Shown here one piece after another: positions 31,254-40,462 of a stretch of 57,978 nt of DNA. Made by a program: the position numbers and the translations under genes. Within the stretch, counting starts at the first letter, position 1, and the number at the start of each line of letters is the position of its first letter. The notes under the pieces are model-generated. The model worked only from the letters and a program-made list of their open reading frames with translations. It was not told where the DNA came from and made no database searches. This stretch comes from Candidatus Omnitrophota bacterium (lineage in GTDB: Bacteria > Omnitrophota > Gorgyraeia > Zapsychrales > Zapsychraceae): assembly GCA_020632515.1 (NCBI GenBank), contig JACKFK010000012.1, positions 1-57,978 on the forward strand, given 5' to 3'.

Positions 31254-31571
31254 CTATATCTTTATTAGTTGGATTAAGGAAAGGATCAACATTAAAACCG
31301 TTATAAGCAAAAGCATTCCCGCTGGCATTACTTTTTTTGTCTTGATTAAGCGTTTAAGAAAAACAATTAATAAAATTCCACTCGTCGCAGCAATGATTGT
31401 AAGCCCGCAGTTCAAACTTTCTCGCGCCAGGAAAATTCCTGTAAAAATGAATCCCCCAGACAGAATCCCCATAATTAAAGAAACTTTACTACCTGCTTTC
31501 TTAAATCCCATATACCCACCAAAAACTAATAAAATTCCATATACCGAAAATATGATATTAAGTGCTAACAT
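31254..31571 (-). CDS. TMEM14-family membrane protein
   Basis: YG.L...GGYMGFKKAGSKVSLIMG and K.MPAG signature. Confidence 0.85.
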   Translation of the reverse strand: MLALNIIFSVYGILLVFGGYMGFKKAGSKVSLIMGILSGGFIFTGIFLARESLNCGLTIIAATSGILLIVFLKRLIKTKKVMPAGMLLLITVLMLILSLIQLIKI

Positions 31572-31585
31572 ACCTTTCCTTTCAT

Positions 31586-32926
31586 TTAAACTTTTTGTAA
31601 TTTACTGGATATCTTATTCTTTGAAAAATTCTTTTTTAAGGTTTCATTCGAAATTAACGATTTCTCTACAGTATCTGCAAGAGCCTGAATAAATCCCGGA
31701 TGGCATTCAATGGCTTTAGACATTCTGAAATCATGGATACCCAAATGATGCGCCAGTTCTCTATATTCCACATTAATTTCGCTAATCGTCTCGATATGAT
31801 CTCCAACAAACGATACTGGAATAACAATAATTTTTATAATACCACGGCGAGCGAGGGCTTTCAGCATTTGATCTGTGGCAGGTTTTAACCATTGTAAAGG
31901 CCCTACCGCGCTTTGATAAGAGATGACCCAACGATCTGTTCTATTTAATTTTTGTAAAATACCTGCAACCGTTTCGGCAATCTGAAAAGGATACGGATCT
32001 CCTTCTGTAAGAAAATACAGTGGTAAACCATGCGCTGAAAAAAGCAAATAAAAGTCATCCAAAGATTCATCAACTCTTAAAGCTTCATTAATACGCTCAA
32101 TAAAAGCTTGAATATACCCTTCATGTAAATAATATGATGAAGCATTAATAATATTTATGTCAGGATATTTAAGAGCGGCCTTTTTTAAATAAAATAAATT
32201 AGACCCTGTGGTAGCCTTAGAAAAATGCGGATACAAGCTTAAAGCTAAAAGTGTTTTCTTACGATTACGCTGAGCTTTTTCAATTGTATCTTGGGCAAAC
32301 GGTGGGCTATAGTTAAAGGAAAACGTCACATCAATATCCCTTCCTCGCCTTTTTAACTCTTGCCTTAAAGCCTGAGCTTGGGCTGTGGTAGATTTATATA
32401 TTGGACTTCCTCCGCCTATCTCCTGATATAAAGTTTTAACAGCTTTCAATCTAACTTTAATCAAAATCCAGGCAAATATTTTTTGAAATAAAAAAGACAA
32501 AGGAAAGCGTATCAATAATGGATCAGAAAATAAATGTTTCTGAAAATCTTTAACATCATCATTTGTTCTAGGGCCTCCCATATTAAGCAAAGCCACTAAG
32601 ACTTTCGAATCCTCGATGTTGTGTGGCTTAATTATGTTCAAATGATCAATTTGATCAATTTTCTCCCGTTCTTGAACAGACATTCTTTTTTGTTTCCAAC
32701 GACTTCCAATAATTTGTCCAGTAATAGCCGTGAGAATCGAAAATGGAATAATCCAAGGATTTAAATGTTCTGTAACACGAATATAAATGAGTAAGGGAAT
32801 TGAAGCATGTATCCAGAAAAACCATTTAAAGGAAAACTTTGGATATTTTTCCCGAATGTATCCACAAGGAATATTAATAAGAAAAGCGATAAATATCGCA
32901 GTAAAATAAATAAATATCTCGTGCAT
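31586..32926 (-). CDS. hemH: Ferrochelatase with an N-terminal ~80-aa membrane domain
   Basis: LLNMGGP, IGGGSPI, FSAHGLP, YQSAVGP..WL.P, FVGDHIET; in-frame hydrophobic extension. Confidence 0.9.
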   Translation of the reverse strand: MHEIFIYFTAIFIAFLINIPCGYIREKYPKFSFKWFFWIHASIPLLIYIRVTEHLNPWIIPFSILTAITGQIIGSRWKQKRMSVQEREKIDQIDHLNIIKPHNIEDSKVLVALLNMGGPRTNDDVKDFQKHLFSDPLLIRFPLSFLFQKIFAWILIKVRLKAVKTLYQEIGGGSPIYKSTTAQAQALRQELKRRGRDIDVTFSFNYSPPFAQDTIEKAQRNRKKTLLALSLYPHFSKATTGSNLFYLKKAALKYPDINIINASSYYLHEGYIQAFIERINEALRVDESLDDFYLLFSAHGLPLYFLTEGDPYPFQIAETVAGILQKLNRTDRWVISYQSAVGPLQWLKPATDQMLKALARRGIIKIIVIPVSFVGDHIETISEINVEYRELAHHLGIHDFRMSKAIECHPGFIQALADTVEKSLISNETLKKNFSKNKISSKLQKV

Positions 32927-32930
32927 AATG

Positions 32931-32963
32931 TGTGTATTCTAACACAGATCTCTCTTTCTTCAA
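32931..32963 (-). promoter_or_regulatory. Putative hemH promoter overlapped by a TGTGT-N6-ACACA palindrome
   Basis: TTGAAG-16 nt-TAGAAT with extended TG; the -10 is the N6 spacer of the palindrome (32931-32946). Confidence 0.4.
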
Positions 32964-33035
32964 GAAAAAGGAATAATGTATAAGTATAATTAAATAGTTT
33001 ATTTAGCTTCGACAAAGATTGGAAAGGAAGGAAAT

Positions 33036-33422
33036 TTATTGCTGATTTTTATAAATTAACTTTATAAAATCACGCCGGCTAACAATTCCCACTAATTTAT
33101 TATCATCATCAACAATAGGCACTCGGCGGATGGAAGTATTACTAAAAAATTCACAGACTTCAATTAATTTAGCATCAGGTTTAAAAGTTTTCACCTCTGT
33201 TGTCATAAAATTTTTAACTTTTTGAGTTTTGGTGACAATATCTCCTAATAATAACGAAAGCATATCTTTTTCTGAAATAATACCAACCAAATGATTATTC
33301 TCGTCAAGGACAGGTAATCCAGTTACATTAGACTCAATAAGAATCTTTAACGCATCCACAATAAGGGTCTCAGGACTAACAGAAAAAACATTTTTAGTCA
33401 TTATTGATTGAATCTCAAGCAT
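33036..33422 (-). CDS. CBS-pair domain protein
   Basis: Two CBS repeats (GLPVLD..LVGIIS; RVPIVD..LVGIVS). Confidence 0.88.
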   Translation of the reverse strand: MLEIQSIMTKNVFSVSPETLIVDALKILIESNVTGLPVLDENNHLVGIISEKDMLSLLLGDIVTKTQKVKNFMTTEVKTFKPDAKLIEVCEFFSNTSIRRVPIVDDDNKLVGIVSRRDFIKLIYKNQQ

Positions 33423-33456
33423 ATGGAATTCCTTTGTCTGATGCTAGCACTTAAAA

Positions 33457-33825
33457 TTAAGCTTCTCCAAAAGCCTTTTTTATTGCAGATAAAACCCGAT
33501 CTTGTTCAAATGGCTTAATTATATAATCTGTAGCACCTGCCCTAATCGCCTTCATGAGCGATTCTCGTTGATCAATGGCTGTAACCATAACAACTTTAGC
33601 ATTTTTATCAAACTCTAAAATTTCTGTCATGGCTTGAATACCATCTTTTTCAGGCATAACGATATCCATTGTGACAAGATCTGGTTTTAATTCTTTATAC
33701 TTATCAACGCCTTCTTGCCCGTTACATCCTTCTCCAACAACCTCATAATTGTTAAATTTTAATATATCAGACAGCATTAAGCGGATAATTGGCGCATCAT
33801 CCACAACTAATATTCGTTTTGACAT
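33457..33825 (-). CDS. cheY: Chemotaxis response regulator
   Basis: VVDD, TMDIVMP, KPF; Bacillus/Thermotoga-like. Confidence 0.9.
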   Translation of the reverse strand: MSKRILVVDDAPIIRLMLSDILKFNNYEVVGEGCNGQEGVDKYKELKPDLVTMDIVMPEKDGIQAMTEILEFDKNAKVVMVTAIDQRESLMKAIRAGATDYIIKPFEQDRVLSAIKKAFGEA

Positions 33826-33849
33826 AATTCCTATCCTCCTAATATTGAC

Positions 33850-34452
33850 TTAGATTGTATTACAAATGTAACTTAAAGTTTTATCACTTCCTTTGAGCGG
33901 AAGAATATACATGGCACATTTTAAATTATGTCGAACAACCATGAATTGACTTTCAATAATTAATATCTCATTACTTTCCGCAGCGATAGCCGAGATGTAT
34001 TCTTCGAATAAAGTTGCGGCAAAATCATGAACGACTTGGGGAGGGCTTGGCTTCATCTTAATCTGAAAATCACTGGAAAAAACATTAGAAATAGCACTTG
34101 CTAAAATATTTCCAACCTCCTGAACAGCACTCTGTGTTAAAGCATCCAATTCTTTTGTGGAACCAGTAGGTCGCTGTAAAATTAAGTCAGTTAGAAGTAA
34201 ACTATCATTAGTTTCAAATGTAATTAAAAATTTAAAAGGCGCATCTCCGACTAAATCAATGTAAGCACCAATAACCTCACCACCTTCAATTGCAATTTCT
34301 TCTGTCGCCTTGGTAATATCCGTTAAATAAACTTTTTCTAAGGATATCTTTGCCCCGCATTTCACCATTTTAGAAAAAACTTGCGAAGCTCGATCAATAC
34401 TCAGCTGAGCTATCAACTGTATAGCTTTACTGATTCTACTTTTATCTTCCAT
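33850..34452 (-). CDS. cheC: CheC-family phosphatase
   Basis: SAVQEVGNI second active-site motif; position between cheD and cheY. Confidence 0.8.
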   Translation of the reverse strand: MEDKSRISKAIQLIAQLSIDRASQVFSKMVKCGAKISLEKVYLTDITKATEEIAIEGGEVIGAYIDLVGDAPFKFLITFETNDSLLLTDLILQRPTGSTKELDALTQSAVQEVGNILASAISNVFSSDFQIKMKPSPPQVVHDFAATLFEEYISAIAAESNEILIIESQFMVVRHNLKCAMYILPLKGSDKTLSYICNTI

Positions 34453-34482
34453 AATTTATTCTCCATAATTAATCAGCAATAA

Positions 34483-34971
34483 TTATAATTCAACTGGTTC
34501 TTGCCCAAATATTTTACAAAGCACTTTTCCCGTATCTAAATCAAATTCGATTTGATACCCTTTTTCACCACCTGTTTTACTCGCAATAATTTTAACTCCA
34601 AACTGCTTTAATATTGTTCTGACAGCTTCTTCATTATTTTTTCCAATATCTGAAGTAACTCCTTGTAAAACCTTTGCTCCACCAAAAATCTTTGCTGATA
34701 ATCCGCTAATATCGGCATCATGTTTTACTTTTAATTCATGAATTAAATCGGGAATTCCAGTATCAGCAAACTTTGCTCTTTTTAATTCCCCCGTACGAAC
34801 AATTCCCTCTGAAGATGCCAACATTAAATGAAGCATCCCTCCAACTTTTTTTTCCTGATGATAAAGACAAACACCTATACAAGATCCTAATGTTGTTTTG
34901 ATAAGAAATGGAGCCTTACCGGTTTTAATATCCGCAATTCCGACGATAAGGACATTATCTGTCATTGTCAT
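34483..34971 (-). CDS. cheD: Chemoreceptor glutamine deamidase
   Basis: TTLGSCIGV, GGMLHLML, AKIFGGA. Confidence 0.92.
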   Translation of the reverse strand: MTMTDNVLIVGIADIKTGKAPFLIKTTLGSCIGVCLYHQEKKVGGMLHLMLASSEGIVRTGELKRAKFADTGIPDLIHELKVKHDADISGLSAKIFGGAKVLQGVTSDIGKNNEEAVRTILKQFGVKIIASKTGGEKGYQIEFDLDTGKVLCKIFGQEPVEL

Positions 34972-34987
34972 ATTTTTTCCTTTAACT

Positions 34988-37933
34988 TTATCGTGATTCC
35001 TGAATGATTGCTACTGGATCTAAAATAAGGGCTATTGTACCGTCCCCTAAAATAGAAGCTCCAGTAACGCCTTTAACTTCAGTAAAATGATTAGAAAGAG
35101 ATTTAATGACAATTTCCTCTTCACCAATAAGTGAATCTACCGCCACGCCTATTTGTGATTCACCGTCTGAAATAACTACTACTTTTAATTCTTTTTGTTG
35201 CGAACGATCTGTCCCTTTAATTTTAATAACTTTTTCTAGTTCAACTAAACTAAGGGCGTGGTCACGTAATTTAACGGTATCGTTCCCATCAATTGAATAA
35301 ATATCTTCATCTCGTGTCTTAATAATCTCAGTAACTGATTCTAGAGGTATAGCGTATGTCTCTGCCCCCACTACAACTAAAAGAGCCTGAATAATGGCTA
35401 AAGTCAGAGGAATTTTCATCAAAAAGCGAGTACCTTTATCAACTTCTGTTTCAATATCCACTACACCATTAACAGAAGTGATCATACTTTTTACTACATC
35501 CATTCCAACACCTCGACCTGAAAGACCTGTCACTTGCGCTGCCGTACTAAACCCGGGCATAAAAACTAAATTCAGTTTTTCTTTTTCTGTCATCTTATCA
35601 ATTTGGTCTTCTGCTATAATACCTTTCTTTAAAGCAGACTGAGCGATTGCTACAGGATCTAAACCTTTCCCATCATCTCCAACTTCAATACAAATATTAT
35701 TACCTTGATGCGACGCCTTTAAATATACTGTTCCGTTTCGAACTTTTCCCTTTTTAACACGGGTTTCAGGATCTTCAATTCCATGATCAACCGCATTACG
35801 AATCATATGTGTTAACGGATCACCCAAACTATCTACAATTTTTTTATCGAGTTCTGTGTCTTCCCCTTCAATCTCTAAAGAAACATCTTTTTCTACTTGT
35901 TTAGCAATATCACGGACAATACGTTTGAATCTTGTAAAGACACCTTCGATAGGCATCATCCGCGTCTGCATAACACCTGTTTGAATATCCGACGATAATT
36001 TACCAAGAGATATTGTTGTCTCATCTAATGTATGAATATGCCCCATAACATTACTCTTAGCTGTTGTCATTTCCAAATAAGCCAAACGCGAGGATAAACT
36101 CTCCATAAGCTCATTCATCTTTTCATCTTGTTTACGTTTATTACCATTACGACTGGCTATCCTTTTATATTCTCCAGTAAAAGTTTCATATTTTGTTCGA
36201 ATATCACTCAATATGCGAAGCAGTTCTTTTTGTTCAGTCAACGAGTCATTAAATAATGTGACAAGTCTGGCATACTGAGCCCGGACAATAACCAGCTCAC
36301 CTGATAGATTCATAAGTTTATCTAACTTCTGAGAATCAATTCTAATTGTCGAAATTTCAACCGAACTTGTTTTTGCTCTTGCAGCCACTTCTTTGCCAAC
36401 ATCTGTTTGTTGAACAGCAGCTCCAACTTCTACCGGTTTAGAATTTTCTTTAATCATAGTATCACTCTCTTTTTTTTCTGGTGTTGATGAAAATAATTCA
36501 TCCGCCATTAAATCAAAGGAAAGTAAATTAACCCCTTCAACGGATAAACTAGATTTTATTTTATCGTCTTTTTCTTTAGACGCGTAAACGATCCCTATAA
36601 GAATTTCTGAATTCATCTCATCTGAAATAGATTCAAATAAAGGTGAAATTTTTAAAATAGTTCCTAGCTTACGTAAATGTTCTTCAAGCAAGAAAGCTTT
36701 CATACTTTTGGTCGGACAACTACCTTCAATTTGAATAAAAATCTGATAAAATTGATCACCTTCTTTATATAAGTCTTCTGCTGATTTACGTTCTTCTTTT
36801 GAAAATTGCGATATATCAATTGTCGTTGAAATCCTTTTAATATCTTGATCCGTAGATAAACCTGGTTCAGTCATTGCGGCTGAAGCCTCTTCATTTTTTA
36901 CTAAAACATCCTGCTTATCTGGAGATGAATTCTCATTGATAATTTCTTTATAATATTTTTCTAACTCTTTACATAATTGTGTAACATCTTTATTAACCGT
37001 TTGCGTTGTTTTTAAAGAATCATACAGTTCTTTAATAACATCAATCCCCATAAAAAGAAGCGTAAACATATTTTCATAGGTTTTACCTTTTTCCCGACAA
37101 ACACCTAAAATATTTTCCATACTATGCGCTAAACTTTGAATTTCCAGAACTCCTACAATTCCAGCAGAACCTTTAATTGTATGCATAATTCGAAATAAAT
37201 TATTGATTAAATCCACTTTCGAATTGTCTTCTTCTAAATTTAGTAACTGTGCATTAAAATCCTCAATATTTTGCTCTAACTCAACCAAATATTGTTGCAA
37301 ATATTTCTCATTAATGTTTGATTTAGAGATATATGTAGCATTCTTAATTTCTGCTTCACTAATATTAGTTTCTTCCTCTTTTGCCGATGAAACTTCTGGC
37401 ATTTCGACTGATTTAGCCGGCAAAGGTTCCTGAGAAGCTTCTTGTTTTTCTGTTGACTCTACTGGGGGAAGCGTTGATTCAGTTTCGCCTTTAGTCTCTG
37501 AAGAAGCTACGGGCGCTACAGCATCTCCTTCCAATAGCGCCTTAATACGTTTCACACTTTCTTCAATATCAGTTAATTCTTGATTACTATCTTTTAAATC
37601 ATTTAATAACGACTCTAAAACATCAAATCCATCAAAAAGTATCTCAATTGCTTCCAAAGTAATTTCCATTTTATGCTCTTTAATCCGTTGCAAAATGGTT
37701 TCAGCCTCGTGCGTTAAGCCAACAACTTTCGTCAATCCCATAAAGGAAGCTGTTCCTTTAATCGTATGCGCGGAACGAAACATCGCATCTAAATCAGCAT
37801 CAGGAACTTTTTGACCTTCTTTGACTAATGATTCCGCTTCCAGAAGCTTATCATTGATCAACTGGAGATGCTCTGTGCTTTCAGCAAGAAATTCTCCAAT
37901 AATACCTTCGCGTTCCTCGGGTGTCATATTCAT
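34988..37933 (-). CDS. cheA: Chemotaxis histidine kinase with two Hpt domains
   Basis: HTIKG twice, P2-like segment, HMIRNAVDHG, GRGVGMDVV, C-terminal CheW domain. Confidence 0.95.
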   Translation of the reverse strand: MNMTPEEREGIIGEFLAESTEHLQLINDKLLEAESLVKEGQKVPDADLDAMFRSAHTIKGTASFMGLTKVVGLTHEAETILQRIKEHKMEITLEAIEILFDGFDVLESLLNDLKDSNQELTDIEESVKRIKALLEGDAVAPVASSETKGETESTLPPVESTEKQEASQEPLPAKSVEMPEVSSAKEEETNISEAEIKNATYISKSNINEKYLQQYLVELEQNIEDFNAQLLNLEEDNSKVDLINNLFRIMHTIKGSAGIVGVLEIQSLAHSMENILGVCREKGKTYENMFTLLFMGIDVIKELYDSLKTTQTVNKDVTQLCKELEKYYKEIINENSSPDKQDVLVKNEEASAAMTEPGLSTDQDIKRISTTIDISQFSKEERKSAEDLYKEGDQFYQIFIQIEGSCPTKSMKAFLLEEHLRKLGTILKISPLFESISDEMNSEILIGIVYASKEKDDKIKSSLSVEGVNLLSFDLMADELFSSTPEKKESDTMIKENSKPVEVGAAVQQTDVGKEVAARAKTSSVEISTIRIDSQKLDKLMNLSGELVIVRAQYARLVTLFNDSLTEQKELLRILSDIRTKYETFTGEYKRIASRNGNKRKQDEKMNELMESLSSRLAYLEMTTAKSNVMGHIHTLDETTISLGKLSSDIQTGVMQTRMMPIEGVFTRFKRIVRDIAKQVEKDVSLEIEGEDTELDKKIVDSLGDPLTHMIRNAVDHGIEDPETRVKKGKVRNGTVYLKASHQGNNICIEVGDDGKGLDPVAIAQSALKKGIIAEDQIDKMTEKEKLNLVFMPGFSTAAQVTGLSGRGVGMDVVKSMITSVNGVVDIETEVDKGTRFLMKIPLTLAIIQALLVVVGAETYAIPLESVTEIIKTRDEDIYSIDGNDTVKLRDHALSLVELEKVIKIKGTDRSQQKELKVVVISDGESQIGVAVDSLIGEEEIVIKSLSNHFTEVKGVTGASILGDGTIALILDPVAIIQESR

Positions 37934-37955
37934 AATTTAATACCTATTTAGATAA

Positions 37956-39014
37956 TTAATTTAAATTTAATACTTGTTTAATTCCTTGAGAAACCTGCAT
38001 AATATCTAATTGAATATCAACAGCTCCTTTTTCAAAGGCAGCCCGTGGCATTCCATAAACAACACAACTAGCTTCATTTTGTCCAATAACAAAAGAGCCT
38101 TTATTATGCATTTTAAATAACCCCTCTGTTCCATCAGCTCCCATGCCTGTCAATATGACACCGAGTGCATTAGAGGTAAATAATTCAGAAACTGATTCAA
38201 AAAGAACATCGCAAGAGGGGCAATGTCCCGAAACCTTTTCATCGCCTTGAATTTTCAACTTATAACGCCCATCATATTTTGTAACGCGCATTTGATATCC
38301 TCCAGGAGCAATATAACACTTTCCATCTTCAAGATAGTCGCCATTAACAGCTTCACAAACTTCTAACTCACAAATAGAGTTCAAACGATCAGCTAAACTT
38401 TTTGTAAAATTGGGTGGCATATGCTGCACACAAACAATAGGTTTCATTCCTTTCTTGGGAAGTTTTGTAATAACATTTTGCAACGCAAGTACACCACCTG
38501 TTGAGGAACCAATAGCGATAATATCCGTATGTTTTGGCTTAATTCTATTATTTATTTCTACTGACGATAATGTTTGCTGCTCTTTTACTGTTGCAGTAGG
38601 TCTAAAACCTAATTTAATTCGATGCCGAAAAACAATGGATTGAATTTTTTTTATCAATGCATCTATTGTTTCATCAAATTCTTGACTTCCCATAGTAGGC
38701 TTAGGTAAGAAGTCAACAGCTCCATACTCTAAGGCCCTTACCGTAACACTAGCACCTTCACTAGTTAAAGTACTAAACATAAACACTGGCAAAGGTTTTT
38801 CCTGCATAATACGTCGCAAAGCTTCCAACCCTGTCATGACAGGCATTTCACAATCTAAAATCAGAATATCCGCCTGATGAGCTTTAACCGCCTCTATCGC
38901 TTCCTTGCCGTTATTCGCTTGTGCAATGACAGAAAATTTCTGAGTCTGTTCTAATGCTTCTTTAACAACTTTCCTAAGAAAAACTGAATCATCTGCGAGT
39001 ATTACTTTAATCAC
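37956..39014 (-). CDS. cheB: Chemotaxis methylesterase with receiver domain
   Basis: GSSTGG, QHMP, LTGMGADG. Confidence 0.95.
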   Translation of the reverse strand: MIKVILADDSVFLRKVVKEALEQTQKFSVIAQANNGKEAIEAVKAHQADILILDCEMPVMTGLEALRRIMQEKPLPVFMFSTLTSEGASVTVRALEYGAVDFLPKPTMGSQEFDETIDALIKKIQSIVFRHRIKLGFRPTATVKEQQTLSSVEINNRIKPKHTDIIAIGSSTGGVLALQNVITKLPKKGMKPIVCVQHMPPNFTKSLADRLNSICELEVCEAVNGDYLEDGKCYIAPGGYQMRVTKYDGRYKLKIQGDEKVSGHCPSCDVLFESVSELFTSNALGVILTGMGADGTEGLFKMHNKGSFVIGQNEASCVVYGMPRAAFEKGAVDIQLDIMQVSQGIKQVLNLN

Positions 39015-39022
39015 AATCGCTG

Positions 39023-39898
39023 TTAAACCTTTTGATAAATGGCTGTTCCCATGGATTTAATTTTTGGCTCAAATTCACTTAATGATTCTGAAAGACTAAT
39101 AAAAATATAACCTTTCGGAGCAAGCACATCAAAAAAGTTATTAAATACTTTTGTTTTGGTTTGCTTATCAAAATAAATCATAACATTACGTATAAAAATA
39201 ATGTTAATGTTATCGACTGGAAATCGTTTTAATAAATTATGCTGCCGAAATTCAACAATCTTTTTAATTTCTGATGAAATTTTATATTTCTTTTGGTTTA
39301 TGCCCCCTTGATCCAAAATTTCCTGAGTAAAAAATTTTTTCTTAAAACTATCAGGCACATACTTTACTGCACGTTCATTATACACTCCTTCTTTAGCTTG
39401 CTGAATTACATCCGTATTAATATCCGATGCATATAATTTAAAACGCCACGAAGGATTATTTTGAAAAAAATGTTTACAGGTTATACCTAACGAGTATGGC
39501 TCTTCTCCGGTTGAAGAAGCCGCCGACCATATTGAAACTTCCTTTTTCGGAAAATTTGTTTGATTTGCAATAAATGACGGAAAAAGCACATCATGTAAAT
39601 AATTAAATTGTTTAGTATGCCGAAAAAAATATGTTTCATTGGTTGTTATTGCATTAATAAAATATTCAATTTCAGCATCTCGGTTTGGCTGTTTAAGATA
39701 TTCATAATACTGTTCGAATTTAGTAAATTTTAGTGTTTCTAACTTTTTACGAAGTCTCGAAAAAATTAAACTCTTTTTTGAAGGCGGCAAAGCTACACCT
39801 GTCAAAGAATACATAAAATCACGAAGATTATTAAATTCCTTTTCTGTAATCGGCTGAATACTTGTATCAAAAGATGATTTTGCTTCCGTATTCTGCAT
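39023..39898 (-). CDS. cheR: Chemotaxis methyltransferase
   Basis: TTNETYFFR, WSAASSTGEEPYS, RNVMIYFD. Confidence 0.95.
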   Translation of the reverse strand: MQNTEAKSSFDTSIQPITEKEFNNLRDFMYSLTGVALPPSKKSLIFSRLRKKLETLKFTKFEQYYEYLKQPNRDAEIEYFINAITTNETYFFRHTKQFNYLHDVLFPSFIANQTNFPKKEVSIWSAASSTGEEPYSLGITCKHFFQNNPSWRFKLYASDINTDVIQQAKEGVYNERAVKYVPDSFKKKFFTQEILDQGGINQKKYKISSEIKKIVEFRQHNLLKRFPVDNINIIFIRNVMIYFDKQTKTKVFNNFFDVLAPKGYIFISLSESLSEFEPKIKSMGTAIYQKV

Positions 39899-39901
39899 AT
39901 T

Positions 39902-40426
39902 CTATCCCTCACCACCTACTGGTGAAGGTTCTTGAGTACCAATCTCACTATTGATAAGGTCATTTACCGTATCAAGATCTAAAATAATAATCATTCGATT
40001 CTCTAATTCACCAATTCCGATAATACAATCACGATCAATATTCATCTTCACAGTTGGTGACGGATCAACACAGGAAGACTCAATCCGAATATTATCCAAG
40101 ATCTCATCAACAATAAAACTTATTAACGTACCCCGTATATCAGCAACTAAAATTTTACTTAAACCGTCAAATTCTTTCGTAGGAAGTTGAAATTTTCGTC
40201 GTAAATCAAAAACAGGCACAATAGTTCCACGAATATTAATAACACCTAAAGTAAATTCTGGCATTTGAGGAATAGGAGTAATACGTTGAATACGAATAAC
40301 TTCCTGTACTTGCGTTATATCAACAGCATATTCCTCAGCTGCTAACTTAAAACATACTAACTCTAAAATCTTTTCTCCTGATTTACTTCCTATTTGATGA
40401 TCCTCTACTTCGTTGGATATCGTCAT
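39902..40426 (-). CDS. cheW: Chemotaxis adaptor
   Basis: GVINIRGTIVPVFDLR. Confidence 0.93.
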   Translation of the reverse strand: MTISNEVEDHQIGSKSGEKILELVCFKLAAEEYAVDITQVQEVIRIQRITPIPQMPEFTLGVINIRGTIVPVFDLRRKFQLPTKEFDGLSKILVADIRGTLISFIVDEILDNIRIESSCVDPSPTVKMNIDRDCIIGIGELENRMIIILDLDTVNDLINSEIGTQEPSPVGGEG

Positions 40427-40462
40427 ATAAGCACTCCTTATTTAAACATTCCAAAAATAAAA

